Part shown: positions 18,467 to 28,300 of the stretch, piece by piece | Position numbering within the stretch: position 1 is the stretch's first letter | Layout of the letters: every line of letters starts with the position of its first letter | Source: an uncultured Candidatus Poseidoniales archaeon | Lineage (GTDB): Archaea; Thermoplasmatota; Poseidoniia; Poseidoniales; Thalassarchaeaceae | Direction: 5' to 3' | DNA length: 64,000 nt | Assembly: GCA_964645485.1 (NCBI GenBank) | Contig: CAZXZO010000007.1 | Coordinates: 441 to 64,440 of the forward strand | Made by a program: the position numbers and the translations under genes | The notes under the pieces: generated by a model | Told to the model about the DNA's origin: nothing | What the model saw: the letters and a program-made list of their open reading frames with translations, nothing else | The model's database searches: none

Positions 18467-19894
18467 ATGCCAAAGGGTGCTTCCATGAGGATAGTTATCG
18501 GGGGGGCCGGCGAAGTCGGTCGTGGAGTTGCAAAGGCCCTACGCAGTGAGGGTAGAGACGTAGTTCTCATCGATACAGACCCTGTTTCCATCAAAGAGGC
18601 ACAAGCCTTGGATGTCTTGGTGGTGCAGGGAGATGCAACATTACGAGAGGACTTGATGGAAGCCGAAGTACAAAATGCTGAGGTTTACATTGCCGCAACC
18701 CAACGAGATGAAATTAACATGATTTCGTGCGCTTTAGCGCGAGATATTTCTCAACAAGCAGGAAGTTCCAAATTAATGACAATTGCCAGAATTCATGATG
18801 CGAGTTTGATATCTAACGAAGAAATTGAAGATTTGACAAGATGGAGTGGAGTTCAACACGCGGTTTGTTCTGACTTGCTGGTAATTGAAGATCTAAAGGT
18901 TGGATTGCAGGGTGCTTCAATGGTTGAAGTTCTCCCACTTGGGCATGATGCTTGGATATCTGTAGGAGAAGTTCTTCCTTCGGCAGACAAATTGATTGGC
19001 TCAACTATTCAAGAGGCTAGAGATAATGTTGATGGATTACCAAGAATTTTTGGCATAAAAGCACCGGGTAAGAAGAGCCTTATCCCTGATTCCAACTCGG
19101 TTATTGTTGCAAATTCACTTGTTGCTTTCGCAACAATCGGAAAACACACTTTCAAAAGAATTCTTTTGGCGACTGGGCATGAACCTCCAGATTATCCTGA
19201 CCACCCAAGAGTAATGATATTTGGTGCAACTAGATTGGGTCGCCAAATAGCAAAATCATACCTAGAAGATGGCTGTAGAGTAACTGTCATCAGTGAGAAT
19301 TTGGAACAAGCAAACGAATTAGCTGGTAGTGATTTTGCCAACACAGACCTTCTAGATTCAATTCATGGGAATCCCCTAGATGTCGGATTACTCCAAGAGT
19401 TAGATGTTGATGAACATCACATTGCGATTTCTGCTTTATCTGATGACCATGCTAACATGGCAGTTGCACTTCATGCTACTGAATTAGGTGTTCCTCGAGT
19501 GGGGATGGTTCTAGATGATAGTCAAATGGCGCAAATTGCAAGAAGAATTGGTCATTCATTTGCAGTTAGCCGTAGAAGAGTTTCAATCAACTATATTCTT
19601 CGCCATGTTCACAGCAAGATAGAAGGAAATTATCATCTATTATCAACAATTCCAGATATTGTTGGAATGTCTGCCGTCTTAGGACCAGGTCACAAAATGA
19701 TTGGTAATCAGGTAAAAGTGTTAGAAAAGAACCTATGTCGGTTAGCATTTATTCATCGCACATCTCAGTCTTCTGGAATAGAAAGCATTCTGAGGGCATC
19801 TAGTGACCAAATCTTAATGGAAGGTGACCGATTGATGCTTTTCGCTAAAGTGGAAGACATTGAAAATGTTGAAAAACGACTCACAAGGAGTTGA
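18467..19894 (+). CDS. trkA: Trk potassium uptake system, NAD-binding subunit TrkA
   Basis: MRIVIGGAGEVGRGVAKAL Rossmann motif, second RCK half VMIFGATRLGRQIAKS, 475 aa. ATG 18485 is an alternative start. Confidence 0.9.
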   Translation: MPKGASMRIVIGGAGEVGRGVAKALRSEGRDVVLIDTDPVSIKEAQALDVLVVQGDATLREDLMEAEVQNAEVYIAATQRDEINMISCALARDISQQAGSSKLMTIARIHDASLISNEEIEDLTRWSGVQHAVCSDLLVIEDLKVGLQGASMVEVLPLGHDAWISVGEVLPSADKLIGSTIQEARDNVDGLPRIFGIKAPGKKSLIPDSNSVIVANSLVAFATIGKHTFKRILLATGHEPPDYPDHPRVMIFGATRLGRQIAKSYLEDGCRVTVISENLEQANELAGSDFANTDLLDSIHGNPLDVGLLQELDVDEHHIAISALSDDHANMAVALHATELGVPRVGMVLDDSQMAQIARRIGHSFAVSRRRVSINYILRHVHSKIEGNYHLLSTIPDIVGMSAVLGPGHKMIGNQVKVLEKNLCRLAFIHRTSQSSGIESILRASSDQILMEGDRLMLFAKVEDIENVEKRLTRS

Positions 19895-19898
19895 ATAA

Positions 19899-21461
19899 AT
19901 GAGAAATGATGTTCTCGCCTACGTGGTAGGTTTGACTCTAATGTTGTTATCAGGTCCTTTAGCATTGATGATTATCGTTGGGGCCGTTTTCTTCGGCGAC
20001 GTAGAATTAACCATGCGCTCGTTTTTGATACCCTTTGCTATTTCCCTTGGCGTTGGTTATTGGCTGAAGGTTTGGGGTGAAAAGAGAGGTGCTAGTTCAG
20101 AACGTCTGCGGGACAGGGAAGCATTTGCTGCTGTGGCATTGGGTTGGCCAGTAGTAGTAATGATTGGTGCTCTACCATATTGGTTTGGAGGAATGTTTCA
20201 TGGGCCATTTGAATTGCTTAATGGTGACTCCAATTTAGTAGAGGTTCTGGGGGGTTATGTACGTGCTTTCTTTGAATCCATGTCAGGTTTTACAACAACA
20301 GGTGCTACAGTAATTGACCCTAGAACTAGTCCTGTTTGCCAGCCTAGTGTGCCGGATTGTATCAATGCGCAGGCCAAGATCCACCTATTGTGGCGAAGTC
20401 TGAGTCAATGGCTCGGGGGCATGGGGATAATTATGCTCGGGATGTTGCTATTGGCTCGCTATTTAGGTGGTGGGATGACAATGGCAAGGGCAGAACTGAC
20501 TGGGCCTTCACTATCACGATTGAAGCCAAGAATTCAACAGACCGCAAAGATTCTTTGGGGAATCTATGCATTCTTCACAATTGTAGAAATTGCTTTACTC
20601 TACTATTTGGCGGGAATGGGGTTGTTCGACGCCGTTAATCATGGATTAACAACTCTGCCTACGGGTGGATTTAGCACCTATGATGCAGGAATTATGTCTT
20701 TTGATAGTGTCACGGTAGAATGGATAATTACTGTGTTTATGGTAATAGCGGGGGTTAATTTCAGCCTGTATCATTTTATCTATAGAGGGGAGTGGAAGGC
20801 CGCGATAAAGGACCAAGAATTGCAAGTATATTTGGCTGTATTAGCCCTTGCGACTGTTACAATGGCTGCTAGTCTTTACTTCTTAGCAGAGTGGGATTTT
20901 GGAATTTCATTCCGCCACGCAGCCTTCCAAGCGGCTTCAATTGGGACGTCTACTGGATATGCGAGTTCAGACTTCGTGCTTTGGCCAACCTTAGCATTGA
21001 TAATCCTATTATTCTTGATGATAGTTGGTGCGTCTGCAGGCTCAACAGGCGGAGGGTTGAAAATTTTACGCTTGAGGATTGCATATTTACTTGCAAAGCG
21101 AGAAATTTCTCGGATTGCATCACCTAAGAAAATTCTCCTTGTTAGGCTAAACGGGAAAGTTGTTGAGGATGAGAAACTTTGGACAATCGTAGGCATGCTT
21201 TCTTGGTGGGCTGTTTTATCAATGGCGAGTATCATCTTATTAGCGATAATCGAATCATCTCTTGATTTGGAAACAGTAATCTCAGTGGCTATTTCTTCAT
21301 TAGGTAATACTGGTCCTGCCTTAGGTAGTTTAGGACCAACTCAAACCTGGGCTAGTTTACATTGGACTAGTCTACTAATAACTTCAACATTGATGTGGTT
21401 GGGGCGATTGGAATTACTTACGGTTATTGTTCTACTCTCAATTAGGGTGTGGAAAGAATAA
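19899..21461 (+). CDS. trkH: Trk potassium uptake system, membrane subunit TrkH
   Basis: Selectivity-filter-like motifs MSGFTTTGATV, GTSTGYA, LGNTGP; polytopic; directly downstream of trkA. Confidence 0.9.
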   Translation: MRNDVLAYVVGLTLMLLSGPLALMIIVGAVFFGDVELTMRSFLIPFAISLGVGYWLKVWGEKRGASSERLRDREAFAAVALGWPVVVMIGALPYWFGGMFHGPFELLNGDSNLVEVLGGYVRAFFESMSGFTTTGATVIDPRTSPVCQPSVPDCINAQAKIHLLWRSLSQWLGGMGIIMLGMLLLARYLGGGMTMARAELTGPSLSRLKPRIQQTAKILWGIYAFFTIVEIALLYYLAGMGLFDAVNHGLTTLPTGGFSTYDAGIMSFDSVTVEWIITVFMVIAGVNFSLYHFIYRGEWKAAIKDQELQVYLAVLALATVTMAASLYFLAEWDFGISFRHAAFQAASIGTSTGYASSDFVLWPTLALIILLFLMIVGASAGSTGGGLKILRLRIAYLLAKREISRIASPKKILLVRLNGKVVEDEKLWTIVGMLSWWAVLSMASIILLAIIESSLDLETVISVAISSLGNTGPALGSLGPTQTWASLHWTSLLITSTLMWLGRLELLTVIVLLSIRVWKE

Positions 21462-22994
21462 TCAAAATAGGGTTTTTTGCCCTTTATCTATTTGGGGTGC
21501 AGATTCTTCAATTGGCTCTAGCATCTGTTCATCCTCCTCATCAGTAGTTTTAACAAGAATACTTGCATTGTATCTCTCAACAATTTCTTTAGTTGATTTT
21601 AGATTACTTCTGAGTCCGTGAAGCAAAGCGTGTTCATCACCATCCAAATTGAGTTCTTTGCTAATTGTGAAATCGTCGACATCAGTTGTCTCCTCTGATT
21701 CGTGTATTGCTGCTAGAGGTGGCCACAATTCTTCTCTTGCTGCTTGAATGCTACAACCTGAAAGAGCACTTAATTTTCCAATCAATGCTTTTCTACGCCA
21801 AGGCTCCATACCGCGTTTCAAAAATGGTGGGAAAGATAGTGAAAACCTAGAAGTTGGATCATTTTTGGATGAAACACTAGCAGATAATGCAGATAATTGG
21901 CCAGACCAATACCAACTTCGATATGCATTATTGCTGTACATTGTATGCAATGACTGGTCAGCAATTGAGCAAGTTTTAGTTGCTCTACTAAGGTCATCTC
22001 TACCCTTGAAAACTGAGGAATTATTCCATGAAACCCAAGCAACTAATTCTCTAGGTGTAATTTCAATATCTCTCATCATTTCCGCAGCGTCCTTTGCTGT
22101 GGTACTTTTGTAAAGTTCTTCTAAGCCGGGGAATAAGTCAAGTTGTTGGTCTCGTAAACCACGACTCAGTTGAGTCTCAACTGCATCTAAGTCGATGTGA
22201 TTAAAACCATCCTCGCATATCATTTGTAAATCTCTAACAAGTGCTCGGATATCACCAGGGTTAGCATTAACTAGCCTACTAAGAGCACCAGGGTCCGAGG
22301 AAACTCTTTCAGAATTTAGAATTCGTTTTGCAATTTTCAGCATTGCATTTGAGCTGGCTCTTCGGAATTTGACTAACTCTGCTTGGCGCAAGAATCGGTC
22401 TCTTGCCGAAGCCCAATTGGAATTGCGCCGACCCCACAATCCCATAGGTTCATTACAAGTCATAATTACAGGTTGAGTGGTATTTTTCAGCATTTTGAGA
22501 AGTTCGGCTTTACCGCCAGAATCGCCCTTTAGGGATGAAATAGAGCTATCTTCACCTCTTTTTTCTGCTAGAGAGCCCTCAATCCTTTTTTCACTAGCCT
22601 GCCGTAAACCCCCGTGTAAATGGTCAACTTCGTCTAACAGAATCAGTGTCTTTTTCGACCCGCCCAAATCAAAGGACCCGTCCAACCCAAATGTGTGGTT
22701 TGTTGCCCCTCCACCAGCGGCTTTTCTTATTGAAGCGGCATTTCTTGCGTCACTTGCATTTAGTTCGATTACAACCCAGCCGAAGTCTTCAGCGACTGCT
22801 CTAACAATGCTTGTTTTGCCAATTCCAGGTGGGCCCACCAGCAGAAGTCCCTTTTTGTCTGGTGTACCTTTTTTCCACGATTCTAGCCACATCGTTATTC
22901 TTTTTCTGGCGGCTTCATTGCCCTCTAAGTCTGCGGCTTTTTTAGGACGATAGCGCTCAGTCCAGTCGGATGGAATAGTCTGAACCTCGCCCAT
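21462..22994 (-). CDS. rfcL: Replication factor C large subunit
   Basis: WTERYRPKK; Walker A LLVGPPGIGKTS; ILLDEVD; acidic C-terminus ending in the PIP-like QKTLF. ATG 22994 chosen (GAGGGTG 5 nt upstream); the ORF-track GTG is at 23006. Confidence 0.92.
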   Translation of the reverse strand: MGEVQTIPSDWTERYRPKKAADLEGNEAARKRITMWLESWKKGTPDKKGLLLVGPPGIGKTSIVRAVAEDFGWVVIELNASDARNAASIRKAAGGGATNHTFGLDGSFDLGGSKKTLILLDEVDHLHGGLRQASEKRIEGSLAEKRGEDSSISSLKGDSGGKAELLKMLKNTTQPVIMTCNEPMGLWGRRNSNWASARDRFLRQAELVKFRRASSNAMLKIAKRILNSERVSSDPGALSRLVNANPGDIRALVRDLQMICEDGFNHIDLDAVETQLSRGLRDQQLDLFPGLEELYKSTTAKDAAEMMRDIEITPRELVAWVSWNNSSVFKGRDDLSRATKTCSIADQSLHTMYSNNAYRSWYWSGQLSALSASVSSKNDPTSRFSLSFPPFLKRGMEPWRRKALIGKLSALSGCSIQAAREELWPPLAAIHESEETTDVDDFTISKELNLDGDEHALLHGLRSNLKSTKEIVERYNASILVKTTDEEDEQMLEPIEESAPQIDKGQKTLF

Positions 22995-23077
22995 CAACAC
23001 CCTCACGGCAGCGAGGGGTTTTGAATGTTCATTACTGAATTATACATGAAATGGTTAATCTGTTGATTAAACTGAAG

Positions 23078-24802
23078 TCAGAAAACCGATTGAAGAGAAC
23101 CGCTTTGTAGATGGTGAATTAAATCATCTATTGATATTCTAATTTGAGATTGGTCATCACGTCTACGAACTGTAACTGTGCCATCATCCAGTGATTCATA
23201 GTCAACAGTGATGGCCCAAGGCACACCAATTTCATCGGCTCTAGCATACCTTCTACCAATTGATTTGGTGCCGTCATAATAAACACCAATTCCTTTGATA
23301 TCAAGAAGATTTGATTGCAATTCTTTGGCAATTTCTGTCATTCCATCTTTCTCGAATAGTGGTAAGACAACTACTTCGTAAGGCGCAACCGATTCTGACA
23401 GGTGTAAAATGAGATACTCTTCTCCTTCTTTGCTCGTCATCTCATAACCATGGTCAAGTAGATGCCAAATGATGCGGTCTAGGCCAAATGCAGGTTCAAC
23501 CACATGAGGTAGGAACCATTCCCCCCGAATCGTCTCTTGAATTCTCACTACCTTAACCATAGAATCATCAATATTGACAACATTTCCATCCTTCAGAGTC
23601 AATTCAAAAGGAAATGTTGTGGGAATTATCTCAAGTTCTGACAACGCTTCTGTTACTTGGCCAGCTTGTTGTTTGAAAGCAGGACCGACAACTGAGCCAA
23701 TAGCAGAAACCACTTCCTTATCAATTTCTATTGGCTGATCAAATTCTCGCCATGCTCTCAACTCTTTAGTGCCAGTTGCTTCTTCATGTGCTGCCAAATC
23801 ATAGCAACCGCGATGAGCGATTCCGACACATTCAATCCAGCCATAGGAACCGTTCATTTCTAAGTCCCAACAATCAGAAGCGTAATGTGCCATTTCATCA
23901 GATTCATGTTGTCTAAATCTTATTTTGGAGGGGTCTGCTCCAATACTTGTTAGGAAATCATATGTTTCTGCCATGAACATCGCCACGGTTGCGTGGCGAA
24001 CGATGTTCTTTGCCAATGCTGTTCCTATGTCCATGTTTTTTGTTTCTTGTTCACCATCTCGGGGGTCAGGAATCAATTGGAAATCGACACCATCCCATTT
24101 AGAGAGGTCATGATGTGCCTCAACATTTGGGTCAATGAAATATTCTAATTCAGCCATATTGAATTCTCTTTGGCGAATCATACCTTGGCGAGGGCTTATT
24201 TCATTCCTGTATCCTTTACCCACTTGGATTGCTCCGAACGGAAGGCGATTCCTGAAATGGCGCTGAATCATTGGGAATGTGAGGAACATTCCCTGAGCAG
24301 TTTCTGGCCGCATATAGGCCTGTCTTCCACCTCTTGTTGCTCCAATTTTGGTACTAAACATGAGGTTCATTGGGCGCGAGTCTGCCCAATCCTCTTGGTT
24401 ACAAGATGGGCAGGTGACATTATTGGCTGCGAGGATTGAATCTAAATCAGCCCCTGAAAGAGATTCTGGATTTTGATGATATTCTTCAACTAAATGGTCA
24501 CTTCGAAAAATCCCATTGCAGGAATTACATTCTGATGCATGGTCATTGAAGGCAGACACATGTCCACTTGCTTGTAGAACAGATTCAGGAGTTATAGTCG
24601 GGCTATCAATTTCAACAATATTCCCTTTGGACAACCAGTGTTCGCGCCATTGTTGTTGCACATTTCGCAATAACCTGCCTCCCACAGGTCCATAATCAAA
24701 CAAACCTGTGATACCGCCATAGAGTGAAAAAGCAGGGAAGATCATTCCTCTTCGTTTCAACATCGACATCAAGGAGTTAACTCGCTCGCTGTCCCCGGTC
24801 AC
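23078..24802 (-). CDS. glyS: Glycine--tRNA ligase (archaeal/eukaryotic type)
   Basis: MLKRRGMIFPAFSLYGGITGLFDYGPVG, RPETAQG, FRNEISPR, the C-terminal anticodon-binding region, and a zinc-like CNSC...CPSC insertion. AGGTGA lies 5 nt upstream of the GTG start. Confidence 0.95.
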   Translation of the reverse strand: MTGDSERVNSLMSMLKRRGMIFPAFSLYGGITGLFDYGPVGGRLLRNVQQQWREHWLSKGNIVEIDSPTITPESVLQASGHVSAFNDHASECNSCNGIFRSDHLVEEYHQNPESLSGADLDSILAANNVTCPSCNQEDWADSRPMNLMFSTKIGATRGGRQAYMRPETAQGMFLTFPMIQRHFRNRLPFGAIQVGKGYRNEISPRQGMIRQREFNMAELEYFIDPNVEAHHDLSKWDGVDFQLIPDPRDGEQETKNMDIGTALAKNIVRHATVAMFMAETYDFLTSIGADPSKIRFRQHESDEMAHYASDCWDLEMNGSYGWIECVGIAHRGCYDLAAHEEATGTKELRAWREFDQPIEIDKEVVSAIGSVVGPAFKQQAGQVTEALSELEIIPTTFPFELTLKDGNVVNIDDSMVKVVRIQETIRGEWFLPHVVEPAFGLDRIIWHLLDHGYEMTSKEGEEYLILHLSESVAPYEVVVLPLFEKDGMTEIAKELQSNLLDIKGIGVYYDGTKSIGRRYARADEIGVPWAITVDYESLDDGTVTVRRRDDQSQIRISIDDLIHHLQSGSLQSVF

Positions 24803-24891
24803 GCCTTCACCTAAGGGTCGCTCGGATGGAGAAGGGTTCTCAATGCTTCGCTATGAATAGACTCAAAAATGCTAACTCTTTAGGTTATTTC

Positions 24892-25203
24892 ATGGGGCAA
24901 GCGATGGTTGAAATTACCAGCAAAGATTGCACCGGTTGTGACCTTTGTATTACCCACTGTCCTTTTGAGGCACTTTTGCCTCTTGCTGAATGTCCGCCAG
25001 AACACAAAAAGAGACCAGTTATTGTGCTCAATGAGAATTGTGTTGGTTGTCTAAGTTGTATTGGTTCTTGCCCAACCAATGCTCTGCATGAAGTTCGGGT
25101 GCCGATTATTGCTGAACACTCACCATTAATCTTCCAAGAATCACCTTCACCAAAAGTAGAGGTTTTCAACCGTTGGGGAAAGAATGGGTCAAGATGGGCT
25201 TGA
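24892..25203 (+). CDS. 2x[4Fe-4S] ferredoxin-domain protein
   Basis: Two cluster motifs, CTGCDLCITHCP and CVGCLSCIGSCP. Start uncertain (ATG 24826, 24892 or 24904); 24826 lies only 23 nt from the divergent glyS start. Confidence 0.75.
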   Translation: MGQAMVEITSKDCTGCDLCITHCPFEALLPLAECPPEHKKRPVIVLNENCVGCLSCIGSCPTNALHEVRVPIIAEHSPLIFQESPSPKVEVFNRWGKNGSRWA

Positions 25204-25252
25204 AATAAGCCATCAGCGTGCATAAAATCCTAATATTCTCCTTTTAATCCGA

Positions 25253-25264
25253 ATTATTGATATA
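25253..25264 (+). promoter_or_regulatory. TATA/BRE-like promoter element ATTATTGATATA upstream of lhr
   Basis: AT-rich 12-mer 44 nt upstream of ATG 25308. The identical 12-mer recurs at 56293-56304 upstream of the actin-like gene. Confidence 0.45.
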
Positions 25265-25307
25265 ATGGTTCGTTGCGCTCTCGCATTACGAATAGGTTGG
25301 AGAATAT

Positions 25308-28300
25308 ATGGCTGAGATAGTATACTTGGATTCATACGAAGAATCTGAGGTGATTTTTAGTCAATTGTCCCAACCAGTGCGGGATTGGTTTAAGGATAAA
25401 TTCCCCGATTTCACTGACCCACAAAAGATGGCTATTCCTTCCATTACTGCTGGGGATAACTTGTTGTTATGCAGTCCTACAGGTAGCGGAAAAACATTGA
25501 CTGCTTTTCTAGGTATTATTGATAAATTAATTCGAAAATCATTAGATGGGGCCCTTGAGAAGAAGGTATACTGTGTTTATATTTCTCCAATTAAAGCATT
25601 AGCGAATGACATTCAGAAAAATTTGATTGAACCTTTAACCGAGATAAAATCAAGATTTCTGCCCGGTCGGTCTAAAGATATCAAAGTGGGTTTGAGAACA
25701 GGTGACACTAGTCAATCAGAACGCCAAAAAATGTTACGAAATCCTCCTCATATTCTGATTACAACCCCTGAAAGCCTCGGTCTTGCACTTGCTTCATCCA
25801 AGTTCCGGCCGTTGATGGCAGATTTGAATTGGATCATATTAGATGAGTTGCACAGCTTAGTTCCTTCCAAAAGAGGGACTCTGTTATCATTGACGATGGC
25901 ACTTTTAGATTCTGTAATTACTACACCAGTGCAAAGAATTGGAATATCTGCCACCATGGAACCTTTAGATGAAGTAGCAAGGTTTCTAGTTCCTGTTGGT
26001 GATGATACAGACGAAGTTAAAATTGCTAAAATAAGTGGGGCTAGAGAACTTGATTTAGATATCATTCTCCCACACGTAAGGTTTGGTGACCCAACTTTTG
26101 ACCACAAACAAATTCTTGACGCCAACGTTGATCGGATTTTAGACCTAGTTGAAGCACATACAACAACTATCGTGTTTGTCAACACAAGAAAAATGACTGA
26201 GGAAATTGTACAGAAACTTCGCCGCCTTGCAGGATGGGATGAAGAAGGGATAGAGGCCCATCACGGTTCAATGAACAAACAAATCCGGAAGGATGTGGAA
26301 CAACGATTGAAAATGGGCGAATTAAGATGTTGTGTATCTTCATCTTCCCTAGAATTAGGTATTGATATTGGAACTGTTGATTGTGTAATTCAACTTGGTT
26401 CTCCTGGAAGTATTGCAACGGCCCTACAACGAGTCGGAAGAGCAAGCCACCACGTAGGGGGGATACCTCGCGCAAGGTTCCTACCAACTGGGCCACACGA
26501 TTTAGTCGAGTTAGTCGCTCTTCAAGGAGCGATAATGAGCGGTGAAATGGATTTGTTAAGATTCCCGGAAAATGCACTTGATGTGTTAGCCCAATTTATG
26601 GTTGGGTTAACTATTGTAGGGGAGCAAGATATAGACGAAGTCTTTGAATTGGTTACAACTGCGTGGCCATATCGTTCACTTCCGTATGACGATTACATCG
26701 AAGTAATTGACATGTTAGAAGAAGAAAAGAGGTTGTGGGTAGATTGGGAGGAAAATACACTCGGAAAGAGAGGTTATTCTCAGATGATTTATTACACCAA
26801 CCTTGGAACTATTTCACCGGATAATAACTACCTAGTTCTGAATACAGATGGTTCAATGATTGGGCAATTATCTTCCTCATTCGTCTCTAGTGTGAGACCA
26901 GGTGATGTGATTCTTCTTGGTGGGACAACCTACAGAATACAGTCAATTCAGGGGTCTAGAGTGAATGTTACACCTGTAACGGGGTTCCGTCCTACCGTCC
27001 CATCTTGGTCTGGTGAAGCACTCTCGAGAAGTGCTGAACTATCTAACGCAGTGCTAAGACTGCAGAAAGGCACTATGTTGGCACTGCGCCGGCAGAGAGA
27101 CCCTCGCCGGCTGTTAATGGAAGGTTACGGCCTTTCCCGGCAAATATCAGAGTCAGTTGCCCGATTCATGGAGCAACACGTAGCGGAGTCGTTTGAAGTC
27201 CCGGGTCCAAACCGTATCATGATGGAACAAATTGTTGGCGGTGTTACAACATACATGGTGACAACATGTAGAGGGCGAGCATTCAATATGACGCTTGGCT
27301 ACTTCTTTGCAGGTATCGCTTCTGCCCACGAAATCCAAGTCCATGAGATTTCTTTCGATGAAAACGGATTTCTCATTAAGATGTCAGATGATATTGACCC
27401 CGCTGCCTTCCCAGCTGTATTCGAGGCAAATGACCACCGTAGGGTAATTGAAGGCTATTTGATGGACACACAATTGTTTGCAAAGAGATTTCGAGAAGTT
27501 GCTGGTAGAAGTTTAATCATTCCTCGGCGCATTGGTGCTGAAGAAGTTTCACCACAACAATTCCAACAAAAAGCCGATGCTTTACTCAAAAACCATAGGG
27601 CAGCCGAAGGTTCTTTGCTGATGAAAGAAGTCTTCAATGAAATTTTCCATGCTGACCTTGATATGGTGGGATTAAATCAATTCGTTTCAGAGGTTGTTCA
27701 AGGCAGTTCTAGAATTTTACACACCAGAGTGAAGGTTCCTTCTCCAATCGGGATGAATCTTTACATGTCAGCATTTGAAGATTTACTTTCAATGAGGACT
27801 AGGGCATATTTGATCAAAGATATTGACCCTGAAATCCTAAGGCGATTACTCGGGCAGAGGGCCCTTGCTACTCAACTAGATGAGGAACAAGTCAATACTT
27901 ACTATGATGATAAAGTTGCAATTCCTAAGGATGCAGATTCACTTCTAGACTTAATGGAAATGGGTGGAGGATTAGATAAGAATCATGAAAATCCACTCTA
28001 CAGAGAAAAATTGGATGGCATCAAAAAAGAAGATATCAGAACTTGGATCCGACAACTCATCAAGGAGGAGCAAATTGTTAGAGTTTCAAATACAGGTCAT
28101 GATGGGATTGACAATAAATGGTTCTCAAAAAGAATGGGAGACATACATGGGACACTTGGTGTCCTATCATCAAATAATGCCGAAGAATTTGATGACCTTC
28201 GCCAGTTCTATCTTGGTGGAATGACCTATGATACCAGCACTAAATACAAAGACACGGAAGCAATTGAGTGGGAGCCAACCCCGCTGTCTGACCCACATGA

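Noticed and set aside
21440-21500. trkH and rfcL converge with zero intergenic bases, and a small AGGG-T6G-CCCT hairpin lies inside the rfcL 3' end
   Set aside because: This is consistent with the generally compact genome. The 4-bp stem is too weak to call a bidirectional terminator, and the sequence encodes the conserved-looking PIP-like C-terminus QKTLF.
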